Source of the DNA: an uncultured Nitrospiraceae bacterium
GTDB taxonomy: Bacteria; Nitrospirota; Thermodesulfovibrionia; Thermodesulfovibrionales; UBA6898
Reading direction: 5' to 3'
Length of the DNA stretch: 64,000 nucleotides
Assembly (NCBI GenBank): GCA_963811165.1
Contig: CAWEQH010000004.1
Coordinates: forward strand, 800,001-864,000
In this document: positions 49,410-60,675 of the stretch, in pieces
Position numbering within the stretch: the first letter of the stretch is position 1
Layout of the letters: every line of letters begins with the position of its first letter
Position numbers and translations under genes: made by a program
The notes under the pieces: generated by a model
Databases searched by the model: none
What the model was told of the DNA's origin: nothing
What the model saw: the letters and a program-made list of their open reading frames with translations, nothing else

Positions 49410-51452
49410 TTATTCCCCTCTTACGAGGTGCGAAACGAAGTCTAGATAGTGGTCTCCTGTCTCATGCACATTAAATGACCAGAGCCTGTAAATCTTGTCG
49501 TTTCGCAATGCAACCTTTTCGGCATATGACGTGGGGTAAACGAGGATGGGGATCTCATGCTCTGCGTAATTCTGAACAACTCTATTGCAGGCTGACTGAA
49601 AATAGTCGAGGGGGAGATTGTTACCGTCAAGAATGAAGACCGTGACACAGTTTGTGAGGTTCGACATGTTCAGGCCGAAATCAGATACGTTCGCTATGAA
49701 GACCGCCTTAAGGCTCTTACCCTTCTTCAGTGAGTATAAGTGGCGGTCTCTCTTCATCCCATTTTTTTCGTATATGCCTTTTATCGGCATATCTAAAGGG
49801 GGGGTAGGTTCGAGTTCAAAGGCCGTAGTCATAAGTCCTCCCGATACGTAAGAGTAATAATCCTCCAGCTCGAACAAGTCAGACGCCGTGGAAGGCTCCA
49901 GCGTCATGGAAGCCGGCAGGGAAGGAAGATGCTGGTTTTTCCTAAAGAGGAGGTGCGCAAAGTCGTCAAGTGAGCAGAGTTTTGGGTTTGCGAGGCGCCT
50001 TGCGTAGCCGCCGAAGACGCGGTCCGGGAAATGATTACCAGGCCGGAAATAACAGATGACATATTGCATATGGGACGAATACATGTTATGGACGTCGTTG
50101 ATGTAACGGCCGACCTGATTGAGAACGACGAGTCCTGCTTTTCTTATGCCGAAGGATGCGTGATGGTGGATGAGCCATGTGTTCTCGAAGAAACGTATCA
50201 TTGCGATGTGACCTTGTATCTGTCCCTTGTCCCGGTACATAAAATGGCGGGCTATGTCGGGGCTGTCGAGATAGAGTTTCCTGTAAGTCTCCTTTAACGT
50301 ATCCATGTTCTGATGTATGGAACAGTATTTTTTTGGATAGATGAAACCGGTCTTGAAAAAAAACTTCCAGAGTTCGTCGACGTCTACCCGGGTGCACACA
50401 TAGGAGTTCATGTTCGTGACTTGATGCAGGATGCTGGCGACGAGGATCTGGCTTGCGGGGTCCATGTCGAGAATAGCAATACCGCAATATATGACTGTAT
50501 TGGAGGAAGCCGGAGAGGATGCATCAGAGACAACGCGTTGGGTTATTACCTGGGCCCTGCAGCTTACCTTGACCCCGTATGCAAACTCAACGTCCAAATG
50601 CGGCAGTATCATGCCGGGAACGAGGGTAGCGGACTCGTAGCACTCAGTGACGGAAAACCCCGCCCCGGACATCTCGTCTATCTTAAGCGATACGGTTTTT
50701 CCGCTGAACGGGTGCACGAATATGATGTTGGGAGAGGGGTGGAGTCGATGTCTGGGGCTCCTGTGTGTCTTCGGCTTAAATCGATAAAGATGGTGATTGA
50801 CAGGCTCAAGGACAAAGGTCCTTTCTTTGATCCCTTCGTTGTGCCGTATTACACGGCACTCTCCTGAGTACAGGAGTTCCCCCCCTTTTTTGATGAAGAC
50901 CGTGATCGCAATTTCTGGCGCGATATATTTGAATGACTGGAAGTTTCCCAAAGACATGCCGGCTGAAAAAGAGAAGGCGCTGAAGTCATTAAGTCTTCCT
51001 TTAAAAAAGAGGCCGTTTTGCACCATTTCGACGTCGATCCCTTGGCAGGGATAACGCTCCGCCTTTCTCACCGTGACATCCGCTCCAACGACCTTGCTCA
51101 TGTCGAAACTTATACTTTTTTCATCTATGTCAACGAGATCGGGCTTCAACGAGAATATGCTCTTGCCTGCGGCTACAAGAACGCCCTGGAACACATAAGA
51201 ACTGCTCCTTTCCTTCAGCATCCCCTGGTCCTTCCAGGAGAGATGCAGATAGTCCTCATGACAGGGGAATGGGAATGCTTCGACGGTCACGGTAGTATTA
51301 TATTGCACATGCTTGAATACGGCGTAAACGGCTCTACCCTGGAAATGAAGATAGTTGATCGCGTTGACGATGCGGGCCTTGCTCAATTCGGCTTTTCTGG
51401 CAACGTGGCAAGACGCGTCCATTTCTGGTTTGGTGTGCAGTCCTTCTTCCAC
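49410..51452 (-). CDS. Tandem PilZ-domain protein with putative GNAT-like C-terminal region
   Basis: RKAER...DFSAFS and RSPRH...EMSGAG PilZ-like motifs; alpha/beta C-terminal half (GHIAMIRFFENTWLIHH, ICYFRP.N.FP). Confidence 0.65.
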   Translation of the reverse strand: MEEGLHTKPEMDASCHVARKAELSKARIVNAINYLHFQGRAVYAVFKHVQYNTTVTVEAFPFPCHEDYLHLSWKDQGMLKERSSSYVFQGVLVAAGKSIFSLKPDLVDIDEKSISFDMSKVVGADVTVRKAERYPCQGIDVEMVQNGLFFKGRLNDFSAFSFSAGMSLGNFQSFKYIAPEIAITVFIKKGGELLYSGECRVIRHNEGIKERTFVLEPVNHHLYRFKPKTHRSPRHRLHPSPNIIFVHPFSGKTVSLKIDEMSGAGFSVTECYESATLVPGMILPHLDVEFAYGVKVSCRAQVITQRVVSDASSPASSNTVIYCGIAILDMDPASQILVASILHQVTNMNSYVCTRVDVDELWKFFFKTGFIYPKKYCSIHQNMDTLKETYRKLYLDSPDIARHFMYRDKGQIQGHIAMIRFFENTWLIHHHASFGIRKAGLVVLNQVGRYINDVHNMYSSHMQYVICYFRPGNHFPDRVFGGYARRLANPKLCSLDDFAHLLFRKNQHLPSLPASMTLEPSTASDLFELEDYYSYVSGGLMTTAFELEPTPPLDMPIKGIYEKNGMKRDRHLYSLKKGKSLKAVFIANVSDFGLNMSNLTNCVTVFILDGNNLPLDYFQSACNRVVQNYAEHEIPILVYPTSYAEKVALRNDKIYRLWSFNVHETGDHYLDFVSHLVRGE

Positions 51453-51715
51453 CTTTCCCTTTCAGGCAACCATGAGAACAAAATTTACCAATTAAGGTAA
51501 CCGTACTACAATTATTTAGAAAAATCAAGTGTGAATTAAGCTTGCCCTAAACCTTTTCCTGAAGTCCGGGCGGGTGAGAGGGATACCAGCGCGTCATAAC
51601 TCGATGTGCTTTTACCGCTTCACCCCTGCGCAAGGATCATATGTTTCATGGATCTTTTAGGGTATCTTCCGCGTATTCGCCGATGTTATAAATCACTCTA
51701 TATTACGAATATGCA

Positions 51716-54205
51716 CTATCTCCGTAACAAAACCAGCTTCTCAAACTCATCACTGGGGAGCGGCTTACCCAATAGGTATCCCTGCATCTCATCACATCCA
51801 CTGGAATGCAGAAACGTTAGCTGATCATCAGTTTCAACTCCCTCCGCAACCACTTCCAAATTCATTGTGTGTGCCACTGCAATCATAGCATTCACTATGG
51901 CTTGGTGGGTAAGGTCGGCTTTGAGTTCTTTGATAAAAGACTTGTCAATCTTAAGTTTCTGAACATGTAATCTCTTGAGAGAACTTAAGCATGAATACCC
52001 TAAGCCGAAGTTATCTACGGAAATTCCAATACCGATATCAGCCAGTCTGGTGAGGTTGGCAATGGTAAATTCAATATTTTGCATAACAGCGCTTTCGCTG
52101 ATATCGAGTTCGAGCAGTTCAGGGGCCAAACCTGTCTCTTCCAATATCCGAGAAATCATTTTCACGAGATTCGACTTCTGGAACTGTCGCGTGGAGAGGT
52201 TTATCGTCATACGAATAGGCTTGTATCCTGATTCCTGCCACGCCCTGGCTTGGACACAGGCAGTGCGCAGCACCCACTCATCGATATAAGTAATTACCCC
52301 TATCTTTTCGGCTACTGGAAGGAATTTTGACGGACTGAGCAATCCCAGTTCCGGATGTCGCCAGCGCACGAGTGCCTCCGCACAGAGTATCTGGCGGGAA
52401 CCTACGTTTAACTGCGGTTGATAATGAAGAACCAGTTCTCCGCACTCTATCATCCGGCGCAAATCGTTTTCTAGTAGCATCCTTTCAAGGGTTCTGACAT
52501 TTACGGCCGAACTGTGGAATTGATAGTTATTCCTGCCCTGTCCCTTTGCATGATACATTGCAATATCGGCATTTTTGAGCAGTGTTTCGGCGTTTTCGCC
52601 GTCATTCGGACAGATACTGATGCCAATACTGGCAGTGACGTAGAGCTCCTGGTTTTCAATCTTGAAGGGCCCTTTAAAAATTGACATGATTTTTTTTGCA
52701 ATCGGGACCGCATCATCAGGATAAGAAATATCCGCCAGCAGTATATTGAATTCATCGCCTCCGATACGGGCAATGGTATCGGTTTCACGCATACATGTTT
52801 TCAGTCTGCCTGCAACTTCCTTGAGCAATTTATCGCCTATCGAATGTCCGAGTGTGTCATTAATACTCTTAAAATTGTCGAGGTCCAAAAACATTACCGC
52901 AAGCATCTTGCGATTTCGGCGTGTCTCCGCCAGTTCAAGAGTAAGATGGTCCATAAAGAGCATCCTGTTTGGCAAATCGGTCAGGGGATCGTGTAATGCC
53001 TGAAATCTCATTGCCTCTTCTACTCTTTTCCGCTCCGTAATTTCCTGCAGCACGACATTAATGCCGAGCAGTCCCTGAGCCTCGTCTCTGACGGGGTAAA
53101 AATATGCCAGCCAATCACGCGTGATCCCCGGCTGAGCGTGCGTTGTGCCATGGATCTCCAGTCCTTCCACCGGCTCTCCAGTTTCTATTACACTCCGTAA
53201 GGACGGCTCGCAGAGGTCTGCGAATGAGGGTGCCGCTTCGCGTACTGAGCGGCCAAGGTGCTCGTCGACCGACAAACCACTCATTTCTGCGAATTTCTCG
53301 TTGACGCTTACGTATCGGAGGGCGGTATCCATAAAGCACAGACCGGTCGGCGCTGTCGTATAAATGACTTGCAGCTCTGCCAGACGGGTGCGAGAGAGTT
53401 CCTCACTTTTGCGCAATGCTCCCTCTGCTCGTTTACGCTCGGTAATATCGCGAAAGTAGGTTTCCAGACGGTCATGACTGGGAAAGGCGTGTGTCTCAAA
53501 CCATCTATCGGCCGCACTGAAGTAAGCTTCCGTGTGTACGGGTCTCCTCGCCGAAGCTGCCATTTGATACTGCTGATAAAACTCGGTACCAACGACCTCG
53601 GGGCATTCCTCCCATAAGACCTTTCCGATAAGTTCTTTTGCAGGCCTGCTGAATAACTTCTCGGCCACTTGGTTGATTTCCAAAAAGCGCCACTGGTAGT
53701 CCAGCGCAAAATATGCATCTGTAATGCCGTTTAGTATGTCGCTTAGCCTTTCACTGGTGCTCTGTAAAGCTCCCTCTGTTCGTTTGAACTCGGCCATATC
53801 GTGGGCGATCAGCGAAACTCCGATGATTTCACCGACAGCGTCTTTAATGGGAGACGCGCTGAGAGAAATCCTGATTGGCCTGCCGTCTCTTCTCATACCT
53901 ACTGTTTCATAATGCGTTACACTCTCTCCCCTCGCAGCTTTCGAAAGTATAGGGGGTATCTCATCGCGATGGGCAGGAGAGACAAGGAGGGAGATAGGGC
54001 GACTGAGTATCTCTTCTGCCGAATAACCATAGATTTTTTCGGCGCCCGGGCTCCAGGTCGTAAGGGTGCCATCTGCTCTCGCACTGATTATCGCATTATC
54101 CAGCGATGTCACAACTGCCTCTAACCAGGCATGTGCTTTCTCCGCCCGCTCGCACCTGAATTTTATTGCTTCAAGATTCTTGAGTTGTTGTAGCATCTCT
54201 TTCAT
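51716..54205 (-). CDS. Three PAS domains plus GGDEF and EAL domains
   Basis: Three PAS/PAC units; DPLTDLPNR, RIGGDEF, EALVRW, AEGVET, QGY. Confidence 0.93.
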   Translation of the reverse strand: MKEMLQQLKNLEAIKFRCERAEKAHAWLEAVVTSLDNAIISARADGTLTTWSPGAEKIYGYSAEEILSRPISLLVSPAHRDEIPPILSKAARGESVTHYETVGMRRDGRPIRISLSASPIKDAVGEIIGVSLIAHDMAEFKRTEGALQSTSERLSDILNGITDAYFALDYQWRFLEINQVAEKLFSRPAKELIGKVLWEECPEVVGTEFYQQYQMAASARRPVHTEAYFSAADRWFETHAFPSHDRLETYFRDITERKRAEGALRKSEELSRTRLAELQVIYTTAPTGLCFMDTALRYVSVNEKFAEMSGLSVDEHLGRSVREAAPSFADLCEPSLRSVIETGEPVEGLEIHGTTHAQPGITRDWLAYFYPVRDEAQGLLGINVVLQEITERKRVEEAMRFQALHDPLTDLPNRMLFMDHLTLELAETRRNRKMLAVMFLDLDNFKSINDTLGHSIGDKLLKEVAGRLKTCMRETDTIARIGGDEFNILLADISYPDDAVPIAKKIMSIFKGPFKIENQELYVTASIGISICPNDGENAETLLKNADIAMYHAKGQGRNNYQFHSSAVNVRTLERMLLENDLRRMIECGELVLHYQPQLNVGSRQILCAEALVRWRHPELGLLSPSKFLPVAEKIGVITYIDEWVLRTACVQARAWQESGYKPIRMTINLSTRQFQKSNLVKMISRILEETGLAPELLELDISESAVMQNIEFTIANLTRLADIGIGISVDNFGLGYSCLSSLKRLHVQKLKIDKSFIKELKADLTHQAIVNAMIAVAHTMNLEVVAEGVETDDQLTFLHSSGCDEMQGYLLGKPLPSDEFEKLVLLRR

Positions 54206-54633
54206 TGTTTTTATTATTCTCGCTGTATCATCATTTACTTCGGACGAGAATGATTCTTATTGGAATAAGCGTAAGCTATTAGACTTTCCCCCATTGTTTA
54301 CCATTACGCCATATCAATTGTCAATTTAACCAAGATGATTGTTTAAAGCAAGGAGCTTAACAACAGTTTCTTTACTTCAACAATAGATTCCAATGGATTA
54401 TCGTTTAGGAATTTCAGCCAAATCTATTTTGTTTGACTGTTTAAATGTGGGGACTGTGGGGAGCGCGTTTGATAACGTTCTTGGCGGAGAAGAAGCGATC
54501 AAAAGGTTACAAAGACCAATTGAAGACGTGGGGAAATGTTTTTTATCAGCATCATGTTAAATGTTCAACTGGCAATACGACATTAAATGCAGCACGCTTC
54601 GAATAATTGCGGACCTGACCGACAGCGTGATCG

Positions 54634-56180
54634 TTACACTCCTCCACCCAGCACCTTATAAAGTGTCACCAAATTGATCAGCCGGGAAAGGCGAACCGTA
54701 ATCAGCCCCTGCTGCGCACTGTAAAGAGAGCGCTGCGAGTCCAGGACATTCAGGTAGCTTGCTATGCCATTTTGGTAGCGGGCCTGCGATAAACGGTAGC
54801 TTACGGCGGTGGCATCCGTCAGAGATTGCTGAGCCTCCAGTTGATCGCCAAGGGTGCCACGTTGCGCAAGGGCATCGGCAACTTCCCTGAAGGCGCTCTG
54901 GATCGCCTTCTCATACTGGGCAAGGAAGATTTCACGGTCGACTTCCGTCACTTTCAGATTGGCCCGGTTTCGCCCTGCATCGAAGATCGGCAGGGTAATT
55001 TGCGGTGCAAAGCTCCATGTGCCAGCTCCTCCCTTAAAGAGTCCGGACAGCTGATCGCTTGAGAGACCGATGCTCGTCGTGAGGGTGATGCTCGGGAAGA
55101 ACGCCGCACGTGCCGCGCCGATATTGGCGTTGGCAGCTTTAAGAAGGTGCTCTGACTGCATGATGTCAGGGCGGCGTTGCAGCACGTCCGACGGCAGACC
55201 CGCGCTGAGTTCTTTCAATGCGGTAATCGGACTGAGCCCAGACGGCAGGAGATCAGCTGGCACCGGCGAGCCGATCACCAGCGCCAGCGCGTTTTCGTCC
55301 TGGGCCACCTGGCTTGTGAAGCGGGCAATATCCACCCTGGCCGAATCGACACTGGTCTGGGCCTGACGGAGATCAAGCTCCGAGGAGGCCCCGGCTTCGA
55401 ATCGGCGCTTGATAAGGTTGTATGAAGACTTCTGGCTCTCGAACGTGTCTTGAGCAATTTTCAGGTGCTCTTTATCGGCGGCAAGGGTCAGGTAGTTGCT
55501 TGCGACCTCGGCCACCAAGCTTATCTGCATACTGCGGCGTGCCTCCTCAGTCGCGAAAAACTCCTCCAGCGCCTGGTCTTTAAGGCTCCGCACGCGACCG
55601 AAAAGATCGAGCTCGTAGGCGCTGAACCCGAGGCCGACACTGTATTGATGCACTCTCATGGACTGTCCTGTAGCCGAGAGAGGCTCGCGGGCACCCGCTG
55701 TTCGATTCCGCTGCCGGCTGCGTTCACTGTTGGAAAGAGATCGGCGCGCTGGATTTGATACAGCGCCTGCGACCTTTCGATATTGAGTGCGGCTATTCGC
55801 AGGTCGCGGTTATTTTCAAGTGCAAGGGAGATCAGCTTTTGCAGCTGTTTGATCGATAAAGAACTCCTGCCATTTGATGTCGGCAGCAGCTCTGATCGCC
55901 AGGCTTTGCTGCGTCGCCTTGTAAGCGGGCCGCTCGGCCATTCGGACGGAACAGGCGCTGCCGGCCGCGTATATTTGGGGGCCATGCTCGCGCAGCTGGA
56001 GAGGACAAGCAAGGCAATCGCAGCGGCTGCACCACGGAGATGGTTTGTCATTCCGGCTTGCCTGTGCCCGATGTTTGGGTATCCGGAATCTTTATTCGGA
56101 AGAATTCCCGACGCGCTACGCCTGCGGGAAGGACAGCTAATAAAGTATTTCATTGCACTGTTACTCGATCGTCTTTTCAT
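54634..56180 (-). CDS. OprM/NodT family outer-membrane efflux lipoprotein (frameshifted as assembled)
   Basis: Lipobox [31 protein letters not shown]. Split over ORFs 55656..56246 and 54634..55659. ATG 56180 follows GGAGG. Confidence 0.85.
56046..56135. repeat. 90-bp REP/REPIN/RPE-like palindromic element
   Basis: Ends TGTCATTCC...GGAAGGACA (inverted, one mismatch) enclosing two hairpins, TTCCGG...CCGGAA and TTCCCG...CGGGAA. Confidence 0.65.
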
Positions 56181-56181
56181 A

Positions 56182-59100
56182 TTACTGTTCCTCCGCAGAA
56201 TTGCCAACAGCAGACGCTGCGTGCGGTTTATATTTTCCCCGGCCAAACAGCCGTGACACCATCACAAAGAAAAATGGAATAAAGATCAGGTCGATAAAGG
56301 TGGCCGACAAGCAGCCCGCCGGTAACGGCGGTGCCGATGGCGTTCTGGGCTCCGGCCCCCGCGCCCCTGGTAAGGGCCAGCGGCAATGTGCCGAAAAAGA
56401 AAGCCAGTGATGTCATGATGACCGGCCGCAGCCGGATCTTCACCGCCGTCAGGGTGGCCTCGACCAGTTCATGCCCCTGATGCATCTGTGCCTTGATGAA
56501 TTGAATGATCAGTATGGCGTTCTTGGTGGAAAGTCCAATGGTGGTGAGCAAGCCGATCTGGAGATAGATATCGTCGGGCAACACCCGAAGCGTCACCGCC
56601 GTCACCGCGCCCACCAGACCCAGCGGCAGCATCAGCAGGTTGACAAAGGGGATGGTCCAGCTCTCATACAGTGCAGCCACGGCGAGAAACACCACCAACA
56701 GCGAAATGGCGTAGAGGGCCGGGGCCTGGGCTCCGGCATGTTTCTCCTCGTAGGAGAGGCCGGTCCACTCGTAGCCGATCCCCAGCCGGCAGCTGGGCCG
56801 CCATCTTCTCCATCTCGGCCATCGCCTCGCCGGTGCTGACCCCCGGCGCCGCCTGTCCCTGGATTTCCACGGAAGGAATGCCGTTGTAACGTTCGAGGCG
56901 GGGTGAAGCGTACTGCCAGCGGGCGGTGGAAAAGGCCGAAAACGGCACCATATCACCGCTGCTGTTGCGGACGTACCAGTTGTTGATATCCTCCGGCACC
57001 ATCCGGTATCTGGCATCGGCCTGGAGATAGACCTTTTTGACCCGGCCGTTCTGGATGAAGTCGTTGACGTAGGAGCCACCCCAGGCGGTGGCCAGCACGC
57101 TGTTGACATCAGCCACGGATACCCCCATGGCGCCGGCCCTCACGTCGTCTATGTCGAGCTTGAACTGGGGGGTGTCGTCCTGGCCGTTGGGTCGCACGGC
57201 AATCAGTTTTGGGTTTTTCATGGCCATGCCCAGGAGCTGGTTGCGCGCCTCCATCAACTTTGTCGTGGCCCAGACCGTTGCGGTCCTGCAGTTCCATGTC
57301 GAAGCCGTTGGCAAAACCCAGCTCGATCACCGCCGGCGGTGCGAAGGCGAAGGCCATCCCGTCCCGGAACTTCGAGAAGGCCTGCATGGCCCGGGCGGCA
57401 ATGGCCGGGGCTTTCAAGTCCGGCGTCTTTGCGCAGCTTCCAGTCCTTGAATTTCACAAAGGCCAGACCCATGTTCTGGCCGCGGCCGGCAAAGCTGAAC
57501 CCGGTCACGGTGATTACCCCCTCCACCGTTTTCTTCTCATCTTCCATAAAATGTTTTTCCAGCTGCCTGATGACCTTGATAGTCCTTTCCGTCGTGGCCC
57601 CGGGCGGCAGCTGGACCTGGCAGATGATGAACCCCTGGTCCTCATCCGGGAGGAAGGCGGTGGGGAGCCGCAGGAACAAGAATACCATCGCGCAAACCAG
57701 GGCGACGTATACCACCAGAAAGCGCATCGGTCGGCCGAAGGAGCTACCGACAATGCCTTCATACTTGCTCCTAAAGAAATCGAACAACTTGTTAAACCGT
57801 CTGAAGAACCAGGTGAACCAGCCTGACTTACCTGTATGATCGCCCTTTGCCACCGGCTTAAGCAGGGTGGCGCAGAGGGCCGGAGTCAGGATCATGGCTA
57901 CCAGCACGGAAAGGATCATGGCGGCGATAATGGTGACCGAGAACTGCCGGTAGATGACCCCGGTGGAACCGCTGAAGAAGGCCATTGGCAAAAAGACCGC
58001 TGTCAAGACGGTGGCGATGCCCCAGAGGGCGCTGGTAATCTGCCCCATGGACTTGAGGGTGGCGTCATGGGGCGATAGCCCCTCCTCGGACATGATTCGT
58101 TCCACGTTCTCGACGACGACTATGGCATCATCCACCAGGAGACCAATGACAATCACCAGGGCGAACATGGTCAGAGTGTTGATGGAGAAACCGGTGGCCG
58201 ACAGAACCCCCATGGTCCCCAGCAAAACCACCGGCACCGCGATGGTGGGAATCAGGGTCGCCCGGAATTTCTGGAGGAAAAGGAACATGATGATGAAGAC
58301 CAGGCAGACTGCCTCCACCAGGGTCTGGACCACCTCCTCGATGGAGATCTTTACGAAGGGGGTGGTGTCGTAAGGGTAGACCACCTCCATGCCGGCGGGG
58401 AAGTATTTTCCCAACTCCGCCATCTTGGCCTTGATCCGGTTGCCGGTTTCGAGGGCGTTGGCGCCGGCGGCCAGCCGGATGGCCATGCCGCCCATCGGTT
58501 TGCCCTGGTAGAAGGACTGGATGTCATAGTTCTCGGTGCCGATTTTGGTTTCGGCGACATCCTTGAGCTTCACCGTCGAACCGTCGGGGTTGGTACGAAG
58601 GATGATGTTGTCGAACTGTTCCGGGGTCTGCAGCAGGGTGCGGGCGGTGATGGTGGCGTTTAGTTGCTGCCCCTGAACGGCCGGGGTGGCGCCGAACTGA
58701 CCGGCCGAGACCTGGGCGTTCTGGGCCTGGATCGCATTGACCACGTCTGTGGAGGTCAACCGGTAGTTGTTTAGCTTGGCGGAGTCCAGCCAGATCCGCA
58801 TGGCGTTCTGGGTGCCGAACAATTGCAGTTCTCCCACCCCTTCCAACCGGCTGATGATGTCCTGAATGTTGGAGACCATGTAGTCGGTCAGTGCGTTGCG
58901 GTCCATGGACCCGTCCTGCGACACCAGGCCGACGATCAGGAGGAAGTTGCGGGTGGATTTGACCACCTGGATGCCCTGCCGCTGCACCACCTGGGGCAGA
59001 AGCGGGATAGCCAGCTGTAGCTTGTTCTGCACCTGGACCTGGGCGATGTTCGGGTCTGTCCCTGCCAGGAAGGTCAGACTGATGGAAACCGCCCCAGCCG

Positions 59101-59350
59101 AGTCGCTGGTGGAGGACATGTATATCAGGTTGTCGATGCCGTTGAGCTTTTGCTCAATGACCTGGGTGACCGTGTCTTGCACTGTCTGGGCCGAGGCGCC
59201 GGGATAAACTGCGTTGATGCTGATCTGCGGCGGCGCGATGGGCGGATACTGCGAGACCGGCAGGGTCTTGATGGCCAGAAGCCCCCCCAGCATGACCAAG
59301 ATGGCGATAACCCAGGCGAAAATAGGACGATTGATGAAAAAACGGGGCAT
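56182..59350 (-). CDS. AcrB/MexB family RND transporter (about four frameshifts in the 3' third as assembled)
   Basis: [39 protein letters not shown] and [12 protein letters not shown] are spread over consecutive ORFs. The span fits a full-length ~1050-aa protein. Confidence 0.9.
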
Positions 59351-59362
59351 AGCGGATCTCCT

Positions 59363-60583
59363 TTATTTTTTGGCTGCAGCCGGTTCTGGAGTACCGGCGG
59401 GAGGCATTGCCGGTGCGCTGTTAAAGGGAACAGCCTTGACTGGATTTCCCGGTCGAGCCTTCTGCAGTCCCTCCAGAATGACACGGTCTCCCGCTTTTAA
59501 GCCGTCGCTAACCAGCCAGTTCTCACCAACCGTCCTGACAACCGTGATTGGGCGGACCTCTACCTTCTCCCCGGCTCCAATCACTAGGACCACGGCGTCA
59601 CCTTTAGGATTACGGGTCACGCCGCGCTGCGGGATAAGGATGGCGTTGTCGTTTACCCCCTCTTCCACAATCGCACGCACAAACATGCCCGGAAGCAGGG
59701 TCTGCTTCGGGTTTGGGAAGATCGCCCGCAGGGTAATTGAGCCGGTGCTCTGGTCGACGGTAACTTCTGAAAATTTCAGGGTGCCAGACAATGGATAGGC
59801 GCTGCCGTCTTCAAGCTGCAGCCTTACCCTTGACTGGCCAGCCGCATTGTTTTTCATCAGGCCGCTGGCCAGGTTTTGCTTCAGGCGCAGCAATTCCGCG
59901 CTGGACTGGGTGACATCCACATACATGGAACCAAGTTGCTGGATAGTGGCAAGTGCTGCCTGCTGGCTGGCGGTCACCAGGGCGCCGTCGGTTACGGTCG
60001 AACGGCCGATCCGGCCGGAGATGGGAGCGGTTACCTTGGTATAGGCCAGATTGATTCGGGCAGTCTCGAGTGCTGCCTTGCCGAGTTCGACGTCCGCCTC
60101 AGCCTGCTTGGAGGCCGCACTTGCATCGTCGTAATCCTGCTGGCTGACCGCATTAATTTTTATAAGTTCCTTATACCGCTCGGCCTTGAGTCTGGCTGGA
60201 ATAATATTGGCTTCAGTCCTGGCAAGTGAAGCCTTTGCACTGTGGTAAGCTGCCTGATAGGAAGCAGGGTCAATCTGGTAAAGCGCATCTCCCGCCTTCA
60301 CATCCGTACCTTCAACAAACAGGCGTTTCTGGATGATGCCGCCTACCTGCGGACGCACCTCGGCAATGAGGGAGGCAGAGGTCCGGCCCGAAAGCTCCGT
60401 AGTAAGCGCCACGCGTTGCGGCTGCACCACAACAACGCCCACTTCCAGTGGCGTACCCGGTGCCGTCGGGACTGCGCCCTGTTTTCCGCAGCCAGCCATA
60501 ACAAGGTATCCGCCAAGCATTCCAATGAGAGTAATTATCCCTGCACTTCTCTTGATTAGTATAGGCAGCTCTGCGAACGTCAT
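59363..60583 (-). CDS. AcrA/MexA family RND periplasmic adaptor lipoprotein
   Basis: MAGC lipobox, AEVRPQVGG, LYQIDPA, APISGRIG, LLPGMFV. Confidence 0.95.
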   Translation of the reverse strand: MTFAELPILIKRSAGIITLIGMLGGYLVMAGCGKQGAVPTAPGTPLEVGVVVVQPQRVALTTELSGRTSASLIAEVRPQVGGIIQKRLFVEGTDVKAGDALYQIDPASYQAAYHSAKASLARTEANIIPARLKAERYKELIKINAVSQQDYDDASAASKQAEADVELGKAALETARINLAYTKVTAPISGRIGRSTVTDGALVTASQQAALATIQQLGSMYVDVTQSSAELLRLKQNLASGLMKNNAAGQSRVRLQLEDGSAYPLSGTLKFSEVTVDQSTGSITLRAIFPNPKQTLLPGMFVRAIVEEGVNDNAILIPQRGVTRNPKGDAVVLVIGAGEKVEVRPITVVRTVGENWLVSDGLKAGDRVILEGLQKARPGNPVKAVPFNSAPAMPPAGTPEPAAAKK

Positions 60584-60675
60584 GTCAGTTTCCTCCTGTT
60601 TCCGTAAAACATCTATTTATAACTTATAACCATATCAATCTTGTGGGTCATTTTACTTAATTACTGGAACGAATT

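Noticed and set aside
56228..57417. Separate small genes or programmed frameshifting in the RND region
   Set aside because: They are consecutive fragments of one AcrB-like protein, with too many shifts for programmed recoding.
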